Source: Centroscyllium fabricii
Taxonomy: Eukaryota
DNA: 64,000 nt
Direction of reading: 5' to 3'
Assembly (NCBI GenBank): GCA_051313645.2
Contig: JBNRSN020000024.1
Location: forward strand, 66,154,001 to 66,218,000
The position numbers and the translations under genes were made by a program. Positions within the stretch are counted from its first letter, which is position 1. The number at the start of each line of letters is the position of its first letter. Positions 39,921-52,813 of this stretch are shown one piece after another. The notes beneath the pieces are model-generated. The model saw only the letters and a program-made list of their open reading frames with translations, was not told the DNA's origin and searched no databases.

Positions 39921-41352
39921 ACATAACATAAGAAATAGGAGCAGGAGGAGGCCAATCGGCCCCTCGAGCCTGCTCCGCCATTCAATAAGATCATGGCTGA
40001 TCCGATCCTAACAACCAACCTACTATCACAGAAGCATCTCCTGCATCTAACAGAATTAGACACACGAAATAGGAGCAGGATCAGGCTACACGGTCCCTGG
40101 GCCCGCTCCACTACCCACAGGGCAATGACCGATCTGAACCTAGACTCATGTCCAAATTCCTGCCCGCTCCCCGTAACTCTTACTACTAGGAAACTGTCTA
40201 TTTCTGTTTTAAATTTATGTAATGATGTAGCTTCTACAGCTTTTTGGGGCAGCATGTTCCATGGACCTACCATCCTCTGAGTGAAGTAGTTTCTCCTCAT
40301 CTCAGAGCAGCCCCTTATTCTAAATTTATGCCCCCTAGTTCTAGTTTCACCCATCATTGGGAACATCTTCCCCGCATCCACCCGATCCAACCCCTTCACA
40401 ATCTTATATGTTTCAATAAGATCTCCCCTCATTCTTCTGAACTCCAATGAGCAGAGTCCCAATCTACTCAACCTCTCCTCATATGTCCAACCCCTCATCC
40501 CTGAGATTAACCGAGTGAACCTTCTTTGTACTGACTCAAGAGAGAGTATGTCCTTTCTTAAGTATGGACACCAAAACTGTATGCAGTATTCCAGGTGCGG
40601 TCTCACCAATACCTTGTACAACTGAAGCAATACCTCCCTGTTTTATATTCTATACACCTAGCAATGAAAGCCAACATTCCATTGGCCTTCTTAATCACTT
40701 GCTGCACCTGCATACTAACCTTTTGAGTTCCGTGCACCAGGACCCCCAGATCCCTGTGTCCTACAGTACTTTCCAGTTTCTTGCCATTAAGATAATAATC
40801 CGATCTACGATTTTTCCTGCCAAAGTGCATAACCTCACACTTTCCAGTATTGCACTCCATCTGCCAAATCTCTGCCCACTGACTTAGCCTGTCTATGTCC
40901 CCTTGCCGGTTCTTTACGTCCTCCTCATTCACCACTTTCCCTCCCATCTTGGTATCATCTGCAAACTTTGATATGTTACACTCGGTCCCCTCCTCCAAAT
41001 CGTTAATATAAATTGTAAAGAGTTGGGGACCCAGCACTGACCCCTGCGGAACACCACTAGTTACCGATTGCCAGTCTGAGAGTGAACCATTTATCCCAAC
41101 TCTCTGCCTTCTGTTAGATAGCCATTCCTCTATCCATGCCAGAATATTACCCCCAATTCCGTAATTTTTTATTTTAAGCAATAATCTTTTGTGTGGCACC
41201 TTGTCAAATGCCTTTTGAAAGTCTAAATACACTGCATCTACTGGTTCCCCTTTATCCACCCTATATGTTACTTCCTCAAAGAACTCCAACAAATTTGTCA
41301 AACAAGACTTCCCCTTCATAAAACCATGCTGACTTTGTCCTATTAAATTATT
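39921..41352 (-). mobile_element. CR1 RT and 3' end with a duplicated tail
   Basis: ORFs 40603-41319 and 39848-40630 with RT motifs. Confidence 0.93.
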
Positions 41353-42037
41353 GCTTCATTTCTACTTTAGCCTTCCTCCTTTTTTTCCCAGATCTTTCAG
41401 CTCTACTGTCAATTATAAGTAGCTTTTGTGACATCACCACCTGCTACTACTTTTAACCATGAGCACTTTATGGTTCTACGTTATTTTTAAACTTCACTCT
41501 TCCACTGTGTAAAACGGCTGAAATCAAAACCACGCTGTTACTTTTACCTCGACAAAATTAAGTTTTCAAACAAATTATTTGCTTAATAAAAATGTGATCT
41601 GAAATGATATAGCGTAACACAACAGTTTAAAAAACCACATTTATACCTGAACCAATTGGACAAAGAGTACATTCAGCTTGGCTCCCTTCCTCAGTCAGCT
41701 TACTGGAGATTGTGCCAAAATCACGCCTCTGTGCACTCACTTATTAGCTACTCAACCACGTACTGGTAATTTGTTTTATCATTTTTGCCACAAGACGAGC
41801 TTCTGATTTTAGCCACAGCATCCAACGGTGGTGCTGCAGGAGTCAGATGTTGTCCCACAGGGAGGGTAGTTTTTTTTAAAAAGTCAGACATGAAGCCTAA
41901 TCAAGCCAATCCTACACAGCAAGCAGCTGTTCGATAACAATGTGAACCAAGATGTGGAGGTGCCGGTGTTGGACTGGGGTGGACAATTGTAAGAAGTCAC
42001 ACAACACCAGATTATAGTCCGACAGTTTTATTTGAAA

Positions 42038-42074
42038 TCACAAGCTTTCGGAGCGCAGCTCCTTCCTCAGGTGA
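42038..42074 (-). ncRNA. Minimal type I hammerhead ribozyme motif
   Basis: UCAC-CUGAGGA-A-GGAGC-UGC-GCUCC-GAAA-GC-UU-GUGA. Confidence 0.75.
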
Positions 42075-42085
42075 AGTGACGAGAT

Positions 42086-42123
42086 TCACCTGACGAAGGG
42101 GCAGAAGCTCCGAAAGCTTGTGA
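42086..42123 (+). ncRNA. Minimal type I hammerhead ribozyme motif
   Basis: UCAC-CUGACGA-A-GGGGC-AGAA-GCUCC-GAAA-GC-UU-GUGA. Confidence 0.75.
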
Positions 42124-42411
42124 TTTCAAATAAAACTGTTGGACTATAATCTGGTGTTGTGTGACTTCTTACAAATGTAAACCAAGACCATGGAGCAATT
42201 TGCCTACCCACTCAAGGGTGTAGTGGAGGGTGCACTTGGGTAGAGTATCTCCTCCAAATAAGAAGTGGGTAACATCCCGATTCCAAAATCACAAGACAGC
42301 AAATTACATAGGGTAAGACAATATAAGCAGCTACCTTCTGTGGAGATTATATAGTCCTGTGGAAGTAATGAAGATCTGTTTTTTGCAATGCATTATTCTA
42401 TTGTAGGTGTG

Positions 42412-42792
42412 CAAGTTGAGCACCGTTAATCCGGCACGGTCAGGACCAGGCCCATGCCAGACAAGTGAAAACTCCGAACGGTTGAAGCTTCGGCGAGCGC
42501 ATGTGCAGACCATTCAAAATGGCCACCACAAAAGGCCACCGGCCATTTTGAATGGTCTGTGCTCATCGTTCGTGGAGGCCCGGGATCGCTGGGGACCATT
42601 CAAAATGGTCACCACGAAAGGCCGGTGGCCATTTTGAACGGTCTGCACATGCGCTCATCGTTTGGGAAGGCCCGAGCATGCGCAACCAAGCGCGGCAGCC
42701 ATTTTGTGCATGCGCAGATCAGTCGGCCGGATTCGTTCCGGACGACTGAAGCTGCCGGATTAATGGTGTCCGGATTAACGGTGCTCAACCTG
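42412..42792. mobile_element. Tigger/pogo-type MITE
   Basis: TIR CA(A/G)GTTGAGCACCGTTAATCCGG; TG left, TA right. Confidence 0.85.
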
Positions 42793-42806
42793 TACACACT
42801 AAAAAA

Positions 42807-42838
<32 letters not shown>

Positions 42839-43170
42839 CTGGGAAAGGCATCATTGAAGAGTGAAAAATCAATTTTTTTCTGGCGGATGGGGAATTATCC
42901 TGGAACCCCTAGAAATAAAATGCCATGCATGCTGGACAGTAAATCCATTTCTAAAATTGACACTCCACCAGTGTATCCATCCCCTTGAGTGGATGTGAAT
43001 GGTGTTTAACATGGGAAGACTAGAAAATGGTGAAAAAAAAGTACAGATATAGATTAAAGCACCGTGGGCTATAGAAAATAGGATTATGGGCTGGTCCAAT
43101 CTACAGGCCTTACATAAATTGCTAAGAATTTTATACAAACTTTACCATAGAAGGATTAATTTTGCTTGTG

Positions 43171-43600
43171 TCAGCTTGGCTCAGTGGTAGCACTCTTACC
43201 CCAATCAGAAGATCATGGCTTCAAGCTCCAGTCCAGTCCAAGACTTGAGCTCAAAATGTAGAATGACACTTCAATGCAGTATTCAAGGAGTGAACTACTG
43301 TTGGGAAGTATTGCCTTTACGAGCCAACATTAAACCAAGTCTGCTTGTTCAGGTGGACGTACACAATCCCATGGCACTAGTCAAAGAAAAGCGATGAGGC
43401 CTCCTGGTGTCTTGGCCAATATTTATTCCTCAAGCGTCACCAGATTAACTGGCTATTTATCTCATTTGCTGTGTACAAACTGGCTGTTCTGCTTGTCCAC
43501 ATAACAGCACCGTCTACTCTTCAAATGTAATTAATTGGCTCAAAGTACTTTGGGATATCCTGAGGATGTGAAAGGCTTTATGCAAGTGCAAGCTCTTTTT
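43171..43600 (+). mobile_element. DeuSINE (SacSINE1-like), old
   Basis: tRNA-like head TGGCTCAGTGGTAGCAC, diverged Deu-domain, L2 tail. Confidence 0.7.
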
Positions 43601-44822
43601 CTTTCTTTCTAGTCAGTATTATACCCATACTTAGAACCTAGATTTCACCTTAATGCAAGTCAGTGAAAAAGTTATTAAAGAAAATCTGCAATGTATTACT
43701 GAATCAAAGATAAATGGAGTAATTAGTCTGAAGTGGAGTTTGGGTAAAACTTTACTGCTAAAGATCAGGAAGAACTCTAATAAATAGAAAAATTACTTGG
43801 GAGTAAGCAGATATAGTAATGTTACCATTTGCTCTAGGCACGTGATTAAATATTTTAAAATAAACATACATATATGATCTTCTCTCAATTGCTGCAAAAA
43901 TTCCATACATTTTAAACTATAATAGAAAAAATAACCAACACTCAAAATGTCATAGCCCTAAAGAGTGAAGTAATTCTGATGAGCAGTTTGCTTGATTAAA
44001 AAAATGTAAGTTTTAAATTCTTAATTTTAATGGAACTTCTGCAAGGGATTGTAGAAAGAGTACATCATGAGGTATATAATAACCAAATTTGCTACATATT
44101 TTACACATAAAAACATTGCATCTAACATGCTTTTTTCCGGTCACATTTCAGGCATCGCATTGCATGTGCATATTTCTGTGTCACATCTGCATCTTATTCC
44201 ATTATTCATATTAACAGTAACAGATCATAACTGTACAGGTAGGGAACATATCAATCAGCAAGCAGAATGAAATTCACCGCTGGTGAAGTTCAAACAAGAA
44301 CAGAAATCTAAAAATAGGCAGTCAGCAACAGCTACCAATTAAGAAAATGACAAACCAATCAAATTGCTCAAACTATTGTTTGAAAATCCTTTCGGCCAGC
44401 AACTTAGATTCTCCACTAACCTAAGCACATACTAATGGGAATAAGATTTGCAAAATAATAAAGAAATTTTAAAAGTACAAAATTGACATATTTAATCAAA
44501 CTTAGCTAACTAATACAAATGGCTATCGCTCACATTTTCCATTGGAGGCCTATGCCTATGTAAGAAGCCTGAGCCCTAAATTCATGCAGGTACACGGGCT
44601 GAACAGACTGCTCAGGGTAGCAGCTTACATCTCCTAGCATACACCTGTACCTGCAACTTCGAGAAATGTTCATGATTGACTTGTGATGTCCCCCCACCGC
44701 CATGCCTCATGATTCTGCACTCTCAGGTGTCATTTGGACACGCATTTCTTTCTTGATTGCAATTGACAACACACACACTATGTGTCCTCACTTCCTTCAT
44801 GCATATTTTATAATGTACTCAC

Positions 44823-44894
44823 CTCATTGGACTGTTTGCCACTATAAGACATTTTCTTGATAGCCACCACTTCATTAGTGCGAACATCTCGTGC
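44823..44894 (-). CDS. TAOK1: TAO kinase coding exon 2 (ARDVRTNEVVAIKKMSYSGKQSNE)
   Basis: 72 bp; VAIK lysine; TAG/GTGAGT boundaries. Confidence 0.96.
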
Positions 44895-44994
44895 CTATAA
44901 GATTTAAAATCATGTATTACCAAGTTTGTTTAAGAAACTAATTTGAATATTGAACCAAGAGTAACAGTGCAGTAGAGAACACAACATTTCTTCA

Positions 44995-45135
44995 GGCTAA
45001 AGAGATTAAGGGTTACGGAGAGAAGGCGGGGACGGGGTACTGAACTTGAAAGATCAGCCATGATCTCATTGAATGGCGGAGCAGGCTCGAAGGGCCGAAT
45101 GGCCTACTCCTGCTCCTATCTTCGATGTTTCTATG
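44995..45135 (+). mobile_element. Short CR1 3' end
   Basis: IKGYGEKAGTGY* followed by tail. Confidence 0.8.
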
Positions 45136-45683
45136 TAATAATATGGCCCGAATGAAACACTTTGGGCCAAACATGGGCTGACCTTTGAAGCTACAAAACA
45201 ATGTTTTCTGCCAATTTTCTTTGAACTGTTTAAAAACTAAGAACTAACCCCGAATAAAATCATTCCCACTGGATTACTCACTTCACTCGCCATGTAATTT
45301 AACATTTCTCGACTGTTTTTTCCTTCCTTCATTTGAATCATTTTGGAATTCTTAAACATTATTTTGCAATCTAGAATGTAGAATTTCAAATGTACCTGTA
45401 AGAGTTAGGGGCACTATAATGTAATAGTTGCTACTTCATAACCTCAAAGAGCAGTTTCACACAACTTAATCAACATAGCCAAAGAACTACCACCATTAAG
45501 GGGCAAAATAGGCAAGTACAAAAAGATAGAATAAACATGATAAAAGAACAGAACTTATATTAACACAGGAAGAAAAAAGTTAAACTTAAGTGAAATCTTT
45601 CATGTAAAAGGGAGGGGGGGAAGCTGTATGACAGATTAGATAACTAACAGCTACCTGCCATATCAGGATATTTAAAAATATTA

Positions 45684-46425
45684 CAGGTTGAGCACCACTA
45701 ATCCGTTACCCGAAAAACCGGCAGATTTCCCCAACTGTGCAGACCATTTAAAATGGCCACCGTCGGGGCTGGGCTTCCCTTTCACCTAACAGATACTCAC
45801 TAGATCCCGGCTTAGTGACCACCCCGATGCCGATGGTGAATCTCAGACCCAGAAGATGAGCTGTTGTGCCAGCCGCCTTTTGCAGGATGCGGTACAGCCA
45901 AAACTCGGTGCCCGGCTTTGCCATCGCTGCCGGAGGCTCCTGCCTGGCTGTGTGCTGACGTCACCGCGTTCCGAAGCTGGCGTGCGGTGGTGTCACGTGA
46001 GCCGGGCTTGAGCCCCACATTGGGCCTCAGGCCCGCTGGAGCCGTGCAGCCCGCTCCCTGATCTACCATGGGTAGCAGAATCGAGTGCGTCTCGAGTTCC
46101 ACCCGACCCTTGGGCCGAAAACCACCTTCCAGGTACCAGCGAGCGCATGCGCAGACCATTTTAAATTTTGCGGCGGCCATTCTGAATGATCTGCACATGC
46201 GCCGCCGAACGCATGCGCAGACCATTCACAACTTCGCGGCGGCGATTCTGAATGATCTGCGTATGCGCCGCCGAACGGCGAGCGCATGCGCAGACCATTC
46301 AAAATTTTGCGGCAGACATTTTGAATGGTCTGCGCATGCGCCGCTGAAGCTTCAATCATTCGCCGTTTTCAACAATTCGGCAGGGTGCTGGTCCCGACCC
46401 TGCCGGATTAACGGTGTTCAACCTG
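45684..46425. mobile_element. Tigger/pogo-type MITE
   Basis: TIRs and TA TSD; repeated GCGCATGCGCAGACCATT modules. Confidence 0.9.
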
Positions 46426-46556
46426 TACGTCAAAAAACTCTGCAATGCAGGCGACCTAAATTGCTAGCCTTTGTCCCCAATTAAGAATTAGCATTAAATA
46501 CTGTCACTATATCCTGATTGGTCACTATAACGTCATTAAATAGCGGGATGGTGCTG

Positions 46557-46957
46557 GAAACATAGAAGATAGGAGCAGGGGTAGGCCATTCGGCCCTTCG
46601 AGCCTGCTCCACCATTCAATGAGATCATGGCTGATCATCCAAACCCAGCATCCCGCCCCTGCCCTCTCCCCATATCCCTCGATCCCTATCGAGCCTGCAC
46701 CAACACATATCCCACTCTATCCCTGTAACCCCACATATTCAATCACCCCTAACACTAAGGGTCAATTTATCCTGGCCAATCAACCTAACCCGCACATCTT
46801 TGGACTGTGGGAGGAAACCGGAGCACCCGGAGGAAACCCACGCAAACACGGGGCGAATGTGCAAACTCCACACAGATGGTACCCGAGGCTGGATTTGAAC
46901 TCGGGTCTCTAGTGCTGTGAAGCAACAGTGCTAACCACTATGCCACCGTGCCGCCCC
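46557..46957 (-). mobile_element. Full-length HE1-type V-SINE
   Basis: tRNA head (A and B boxes), V-domain, CR1 tail. Confidence 0.92.
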
Positions 46958-47139
46958 TAAAGTGCAACTATGTGAACACATATATTATATTGCAGTTTGT
47001 TGTCTATCTTGACTTGGTTGCAAAGAGGCAAGTAGTTGCGGCTGAAATGCCAAGCTTCCAGCTGGTTAAACTACCATTTGATGGTACAGGTACATGTTGG
47101 GGACAATGCACTTAGACACTTTAACTAGGAGCCATGCCA

Positions 47140-47375
47140 TGTAAAAGATCCCATGGCACGATGTGAAAAGTGGGAGTGTTTAACTGGCATTGTGGCTGAT
47201 ATTTAGCCCTCAACGAACATCACACTACTGTTTGTGGGATCTTGCTGTGCACAAATTTGCTGTCCGTACAGTGTATCAGTGACGACACTTCAAAAAAATA
47301 CTTATTTGGCTGTGAAGCACCCAAGGCTGTCCTGAGGTCATGAAATGTGTAATATAAATGCAAGTTCTTCTTTTT
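47140..47375 (+). mobile_element. DeuSINE 3' fragment
   Basis: AAAGATCCCATGGCAC...ATATAAATGCAAG. Confidence 0.6.
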
Positions 47376-48467
47376 CGTCAAGAATCTGACAAATTCGTGA
47401 CTATCCTCTGGGGGAGCGAGAGTAAAGGGGGAAGCTAAGTGAGTCTCTTAGTTGACTCCAAGGTGATACCTCCAGCCACAGAAGATTGGATCTGTGTGAC
47501 AGACACGGTCATCTGGTACTGAACGCGGGTGGTCTGAGGTACTCCAGGTCACTGTTAATGGTTGACCAGCTAATGTGACACACTATTGGAACAATAAAAG
47601 GTAGTCGTCAGGAAGGGCTGCGGTCGTCAGGAAGGGCTGAGAATCTTCCCACTGTGCTCCACAGAACTTGAAGATAGTGCCCTAACAGGTAGGGTAGTAC
47701 CAGCTGGGTAAACAGTAGAATTCTCAAAAATGCAATTAAATTAATCAAACACAACCTGTTCTTTACCAATTCATGCTGACTCTCCCCCCCCGCCCCCCCC
47801 AAAATCAGGCCAAGCCTGCTAATGGTTCATTAATTTCATCCCGTCTTATAAACAACAACCACCTGTATTTATATAGCGCCTTTAATGTAGTAAAACATCT
47901 CAAGGCACTTCACAGGAGTATTATAAAACAAAATTTGATGCCGAGTCACAAGGAGAAATTAGGGCAGATAACCAAAAGCTTGGTCAAAGAGGCAGGTTTT
48001 AAGGTGCGTCTTAAAGGAGGAAAGAGTAGCGAGGCAGAGAGGTTTAGGGAGGGAATTCCAGAGCTTAGGGCCGAGGCAGCTGAAGGCACGGCCACCAATG
48101 GTTGAACGATTAAAATCAGGGATGCTCAAGAGGCCAGAATTATCTCTGAGGGGGGGGGGGGTTGTGGGGCTGGAGGAGATTACAGAGATAGGGAGGGGCG
48201 AGGCCATGGAAGGATTTGAAAACAAGGATGAGAATTTTAAAATCGAGGCGCTGCTTAACCGGGAGCCAATGTAGGTCAGCAAGCAAAGGGGTGATGGGTG
48301 AATGGAACTTGGTGCGAGTTAAGACACGGGAAGCCGAGTTTTGGATTACCTCAAAAGTTTACGCAGGGTACAATGTGGGAGACCAGCCAGGAGTGCATTG
48401 GAATAATCAAGTCTAGAGGCAACAAAGGCATGAATGAGGATTTCAGCAGATGATCAGCTGAGGCACA

Positions 48468-48869
48468 TAGAAACATAGAAGATAGGAGCAGGAGTAGGCC
48501 ATTCGGCCCTTCGAGCCTGCTCCGCCATTCAATGAGATCATGGCTGATCATCCAAACCCAGCACCCTGTCCCTGCCTTCTCCCCATATCCCTCGATCCCT
48601 ATCGAGCCTGCACCGACACATATTCCACCCTATCCCTGTAACCCCACATATTCAATTCCCCTAACACTAAGGGTCAATTTATCCTGGCCAATCAACCTAA
48701 CCCGCACATCTTTGGACTCTGGGAGGAAACCGGAGCACCCAGAGGAAACCCACGCAGACACGGGGAGAATGTGCAAACTCCACACAGATAGTACCCGAGG
48801 CTGGATTTGAACCCGGGTTTCTAGTGCTGTAAGGCAACAGTGCTAACCACTATGCCACCGTGCCGCCCC
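48468..48869 (-). mobile_element. Full-length HE1-type V-SINE
   Basis: TSD GGCACA at 48462-48467 and 48870-48875. Confidence 0.92.
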
Positions 48870-49051
48870 GGCACAGGCGGAGATGGGCGATGTTATGGCG
48901 GTGGAAATAGGCGGTCTTAGTTATGGTGCGGATATATGGTCGGAAGCACATTTCAGGGTGAAATATGACATCGAGGTTGCGGACAGTCTGGTTCAGCCTC
49001 AGACAGATGCTAGGAAGAGGGATGGAGTCAGTGGCTAGAACCGAAGACAAT

Positions 49052-49788
49052 GGGCCAGAAATTAGGCTCGCAACGTGTGAGTACGCACTGGGTACTCACG
49101 CGTGGGCCCATCGGAATTGCTGGTTTCCGGCATGCACCACACATGGGTGCGAAACCAGCACTTCCGATCCCCTGAAAGAAGGGGTCTGGGGGTCGGAATG
49201 CGTGCGCGTGCGCAATGTAATTCCGATTTTTTTACAACTTTTTATCCGGGTAAGTATTAGAAAAAGATACGTCTCCTGTTTTCAAGCGCAAAGAGTGGTT
49301 TTCTGCAGGTAAGTAGTGATTTAATTCAATTTAAGAATTTTTTTCCACGTTTTTCATTTTTGCATACTTTAAAGAAAGGTAAATTGATTTTGAGCCCCGT
49401 TAAATACTTTAATTATTTTTTTCAAAATTTAGAATTTTTGTTTAAAATAGCTAATTTGTGTAATTGATAGTTATTTTAAAAAATGTGATTTAAAAAAAAT
49501 TTATTTTAAGATTTAGTGATGTTTTGGGGTTGTAGTATTCATAAGTTTGACAGGTCTTCCTGTCAAACTTATGAATGGAGCATTCTGTGCTGCGATTGGC
49601 TCTCCGCGGCCCACATGATCCCGCGCGCTATCTTCACCGCTGGGATCCGGGAGCACAGCGCGCCGGCACTTCAGGAGGTCCCAACATGGGAATGCCATGT
49701 GAGTGCAATGATCAACGGCCGGCGTGGTCCGTAAGTGTGGGTTGGAGGCTTGCACTCACGGGAAGCCTCCAACCCGAATTTCTGGGCC
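49052..49788. mobile_element. MITE with 3-bp AAT TSD (PIF/Harbinger-superfamily-like)
   Basis: TIR GG(G/C)CCAGAAATT; host L2 reads GAAGAC-AAT-GGCTTCGG once the element is removed. Confidence 0.85.
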
Positions 49789-50280
49789 AATGGCTTCGGT
49801 CTTCCCAACATTTAATTGGAAAAAATTTCTGCTCATCCAGTACTGGATGTCGGACAAGCAGTCTGACAATTTAGAGACCGTGGAGGAGTCGAGAGATGTG
49901 GTGATGAGGTAGAGCTGGGTGGCGTCAGTGTACATGTGAAAACTGACTCTATAGACTCTAGAAGTTTACCCACAATCAAGGTGGGACAAATTTCCCGATA
50001 ACAAAAGATATCATGGTTTTGCTTGTGATATCCTTCCCATACGTTGCCATCCGTGCCTGCAAGTATCCAGCATTGTATATAGATCAGACAGCTTCAGACA
50101 TTTTCCCCCTCCCCTACCCCAAGAGGTTTCTGCACTGTCTCTAACCAAGTCCCCCTTTCATTTCAGTAAATGGTCACCTAATTTCCTTCCTTATGCCCCA
50201 CTATTCCTCTCTGGCTGTGGGTTGACCACCTATGCAGTAGTTGTTCTAGGAACCCTCCCCACCCATAATGCAGTGTGTCT

Positions 50281-50643
50281 CCAGTGGTTAGCACTGCTGC
50301 CTCGCAATAAGGAGCTCCTGGGGTCGAATCCTGCTCTGGCCCGGGACCTCTCTGCGTGGAGTTTGCATGTTCTCCCCGTGTTCGTGTGGGTTTCCTCCGG
50401 GTACTCCGGTTTCCTCCCACCATCCAAAGGCATGCATGTTAGGTGAATTGGAGATACTAAAAATTGCCCATGAGTATGTGTGTGAGATATAGTTCTTAGA
50501 GTTGGGGGTGTCGGCGGATATGGGGAGAGGGTAGGAGGGGGGTGCTGGGTTTAGATGATCAGCCATGATCTCATCAAAAATGGCGGAGCAGGCTCGAAGG
50601 GCCGAATGGCCTACTCCTGCTCCTATCTTCTGTGTTTCTGTGT
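50281..50643 (+). mobile_element. V-SINE (second subfamily)
   Basis: tRNA head, V-domain, CR1 tail. Confidence 0.88.
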
Positions 50644-51578
50644 TTTTCAGCTTTGAGCTCTAGCAAATGCATCTGGAGACACTTCTTACGCTTGTGGTTG
50701 CCCTGGACATGGAAATTCAAAGCTGCAAGTAGCTTCAAGTTAATTACATGTTGGGCTAAATTCTACTCAATCTGCTTGCCTTCACACTCTGCTGGTTTCT
50801 TATAACTCAACCTTTCTAAATAACCTGCAGCCTTAACGTTAAAAAAAATCTTCCACCTAAAATTCATGATCACCTTTTGCATTTCATATGGGAAAATAAA
50901 AAATTAATCTGCAGCAGTCCTTGCCACTTGAGCACTGGCCCTTACTCCAAATGTACAGTTATGTAACATGGGAACCTTCTCAAAACACTTTGGGCAGGCT
51001 GACGTGCTGATTTCTACAACCAAGTCCTTTGATAAGGGAATACAGGGGGTAATGCCATTATTTTCCTGAATTCTGTGTTACGGACCTATACAATGAAGCA
51101 TTTGGTAACGACTGTCAGCATTTAAGCCTTCTATGGTATATACAGTTCATAAACCTCACTGGGATCGCTGCAAAATAAAAAGATGGCTAGAAAGAAAAGT
51201 TTCTGCAAGAACAAACTAGATTCCTAACGTAACTTACCCATTGAAAGCGAACATGGACGTGGGACTAAAATCCAACAAAGAAAGAGGAACTATGATTTCA
51301 GAGACAGGACAAATTACATACCACAGAAAGAGAAACAAAACTGTACTGCCTACTGCAAGACCATGCTTTAATTATCTGAAATGAAAATACTTACCAGTCT
51401 GAGCAGGACATTAAAAACGGAACTTTTAGGAGCTAGATACTTCATAGGAATATGTTTTTTTTTGCTTCTATAAATGAATGTAGATACCATTCTAATAATT
51501 TTAGTTTTTAATTGCCATAAACTTGGATAAAGTGAGGCAAAATAATTGAGATGGCAAGACTACAAGAGCTTTTCTTTA

Positions 51579-51872
<294 letters not shown>

Positions 51873-52813
51873 TTAGCCGTCTGACTATCTGGGTTCACAC
51901 TGTCTTAATTCTTGCTGCATCTGCATGAATGAGGCCTCTTGAACATGGGCAACTGCAAAAGAAAAACTGCTAGTTATTAAATATGCAATCCCTCTGAACG
52001 AGAATACCCTGAAGAGGAAACTGCGAATTAAACTAATGGTATAATGCAATGACTAAACAAAGAACAACTGAAATCAGAATTTTTCCCTGGAAACAATTTT
52101 AAAACAGGGATATTTGATAAAATTCCAAACATACAATGACATGAACGCACTTGCAGCCTGGCTAGTACAGTGCTAGACTCCCAACTAGAAGATCCAAATC
52201 TGAATCGGACCCTTGATTGTCATGTGAATATGCCTATTCTAACATGAATAGTTCATGATGCTACTTTTCAACCAAGCACAGAACAGTGCAGACAGTAGCC
52301 ACCGAAGTTCAGCTTCCTGCAATATGCTGTATGATGCTGGGGTACAATAGTGAGGATCCAAAAAGGCCAACTTTATTTTTCCTTTTAGATGGAGGTGGAA
52401 ATAGAGGGGAAGAAAAGTTATGACAGACAGTAAGACAACGGAGACTCAGTATTATGCTATACTTCCCGCAAATAGAACATAATAAGAAACACATTTTCTT
52501 CACAATTGACATGAATTCACAAGCCGTGGCTCAGTGGGCAGCACCCTCGCCTCAGAATCAGAAGGTTGTGGGTTCAGGTCCCACTCCAGAGACTTGAGCA
52601 CAAAAATCTAGGCTGGCACTCCAGTGCAGTGCTGAGCGAGTGCTGCACTGTCAGAGGTGCCCTTTTTTGGATGAGACGTTAAACCGAGGCCCCTTCTGCC
52701 CTCTCAAGTGGACATAAAAGATCCCACTGCACTATTTCGAAGAAGAGCAGGGGAGTTATCCCATGTGTCCTGGCCAATATTTATCCCTCAACCAACATCA
52801 CTAAAATTGATTA

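Larger units (their letters stand above)
41953..42173 (-). mobile_element. Palindromic mini-PLE (family 1)
   Basis: ~88-bp inverted arms, ~35-bp tail on the left; TSD AATGT(G/A)AACCAAGA at 41939-41952 and 42174-42187. Confidence 0.88.
47850..49940 (-). mobile_element. L2 LINE 3' part interrupted by a SINE and a MITE
   Basis: GGRAFSCLGPKLWNSLP, TKTAYFH, L2 tail. Confidence 0.85.
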
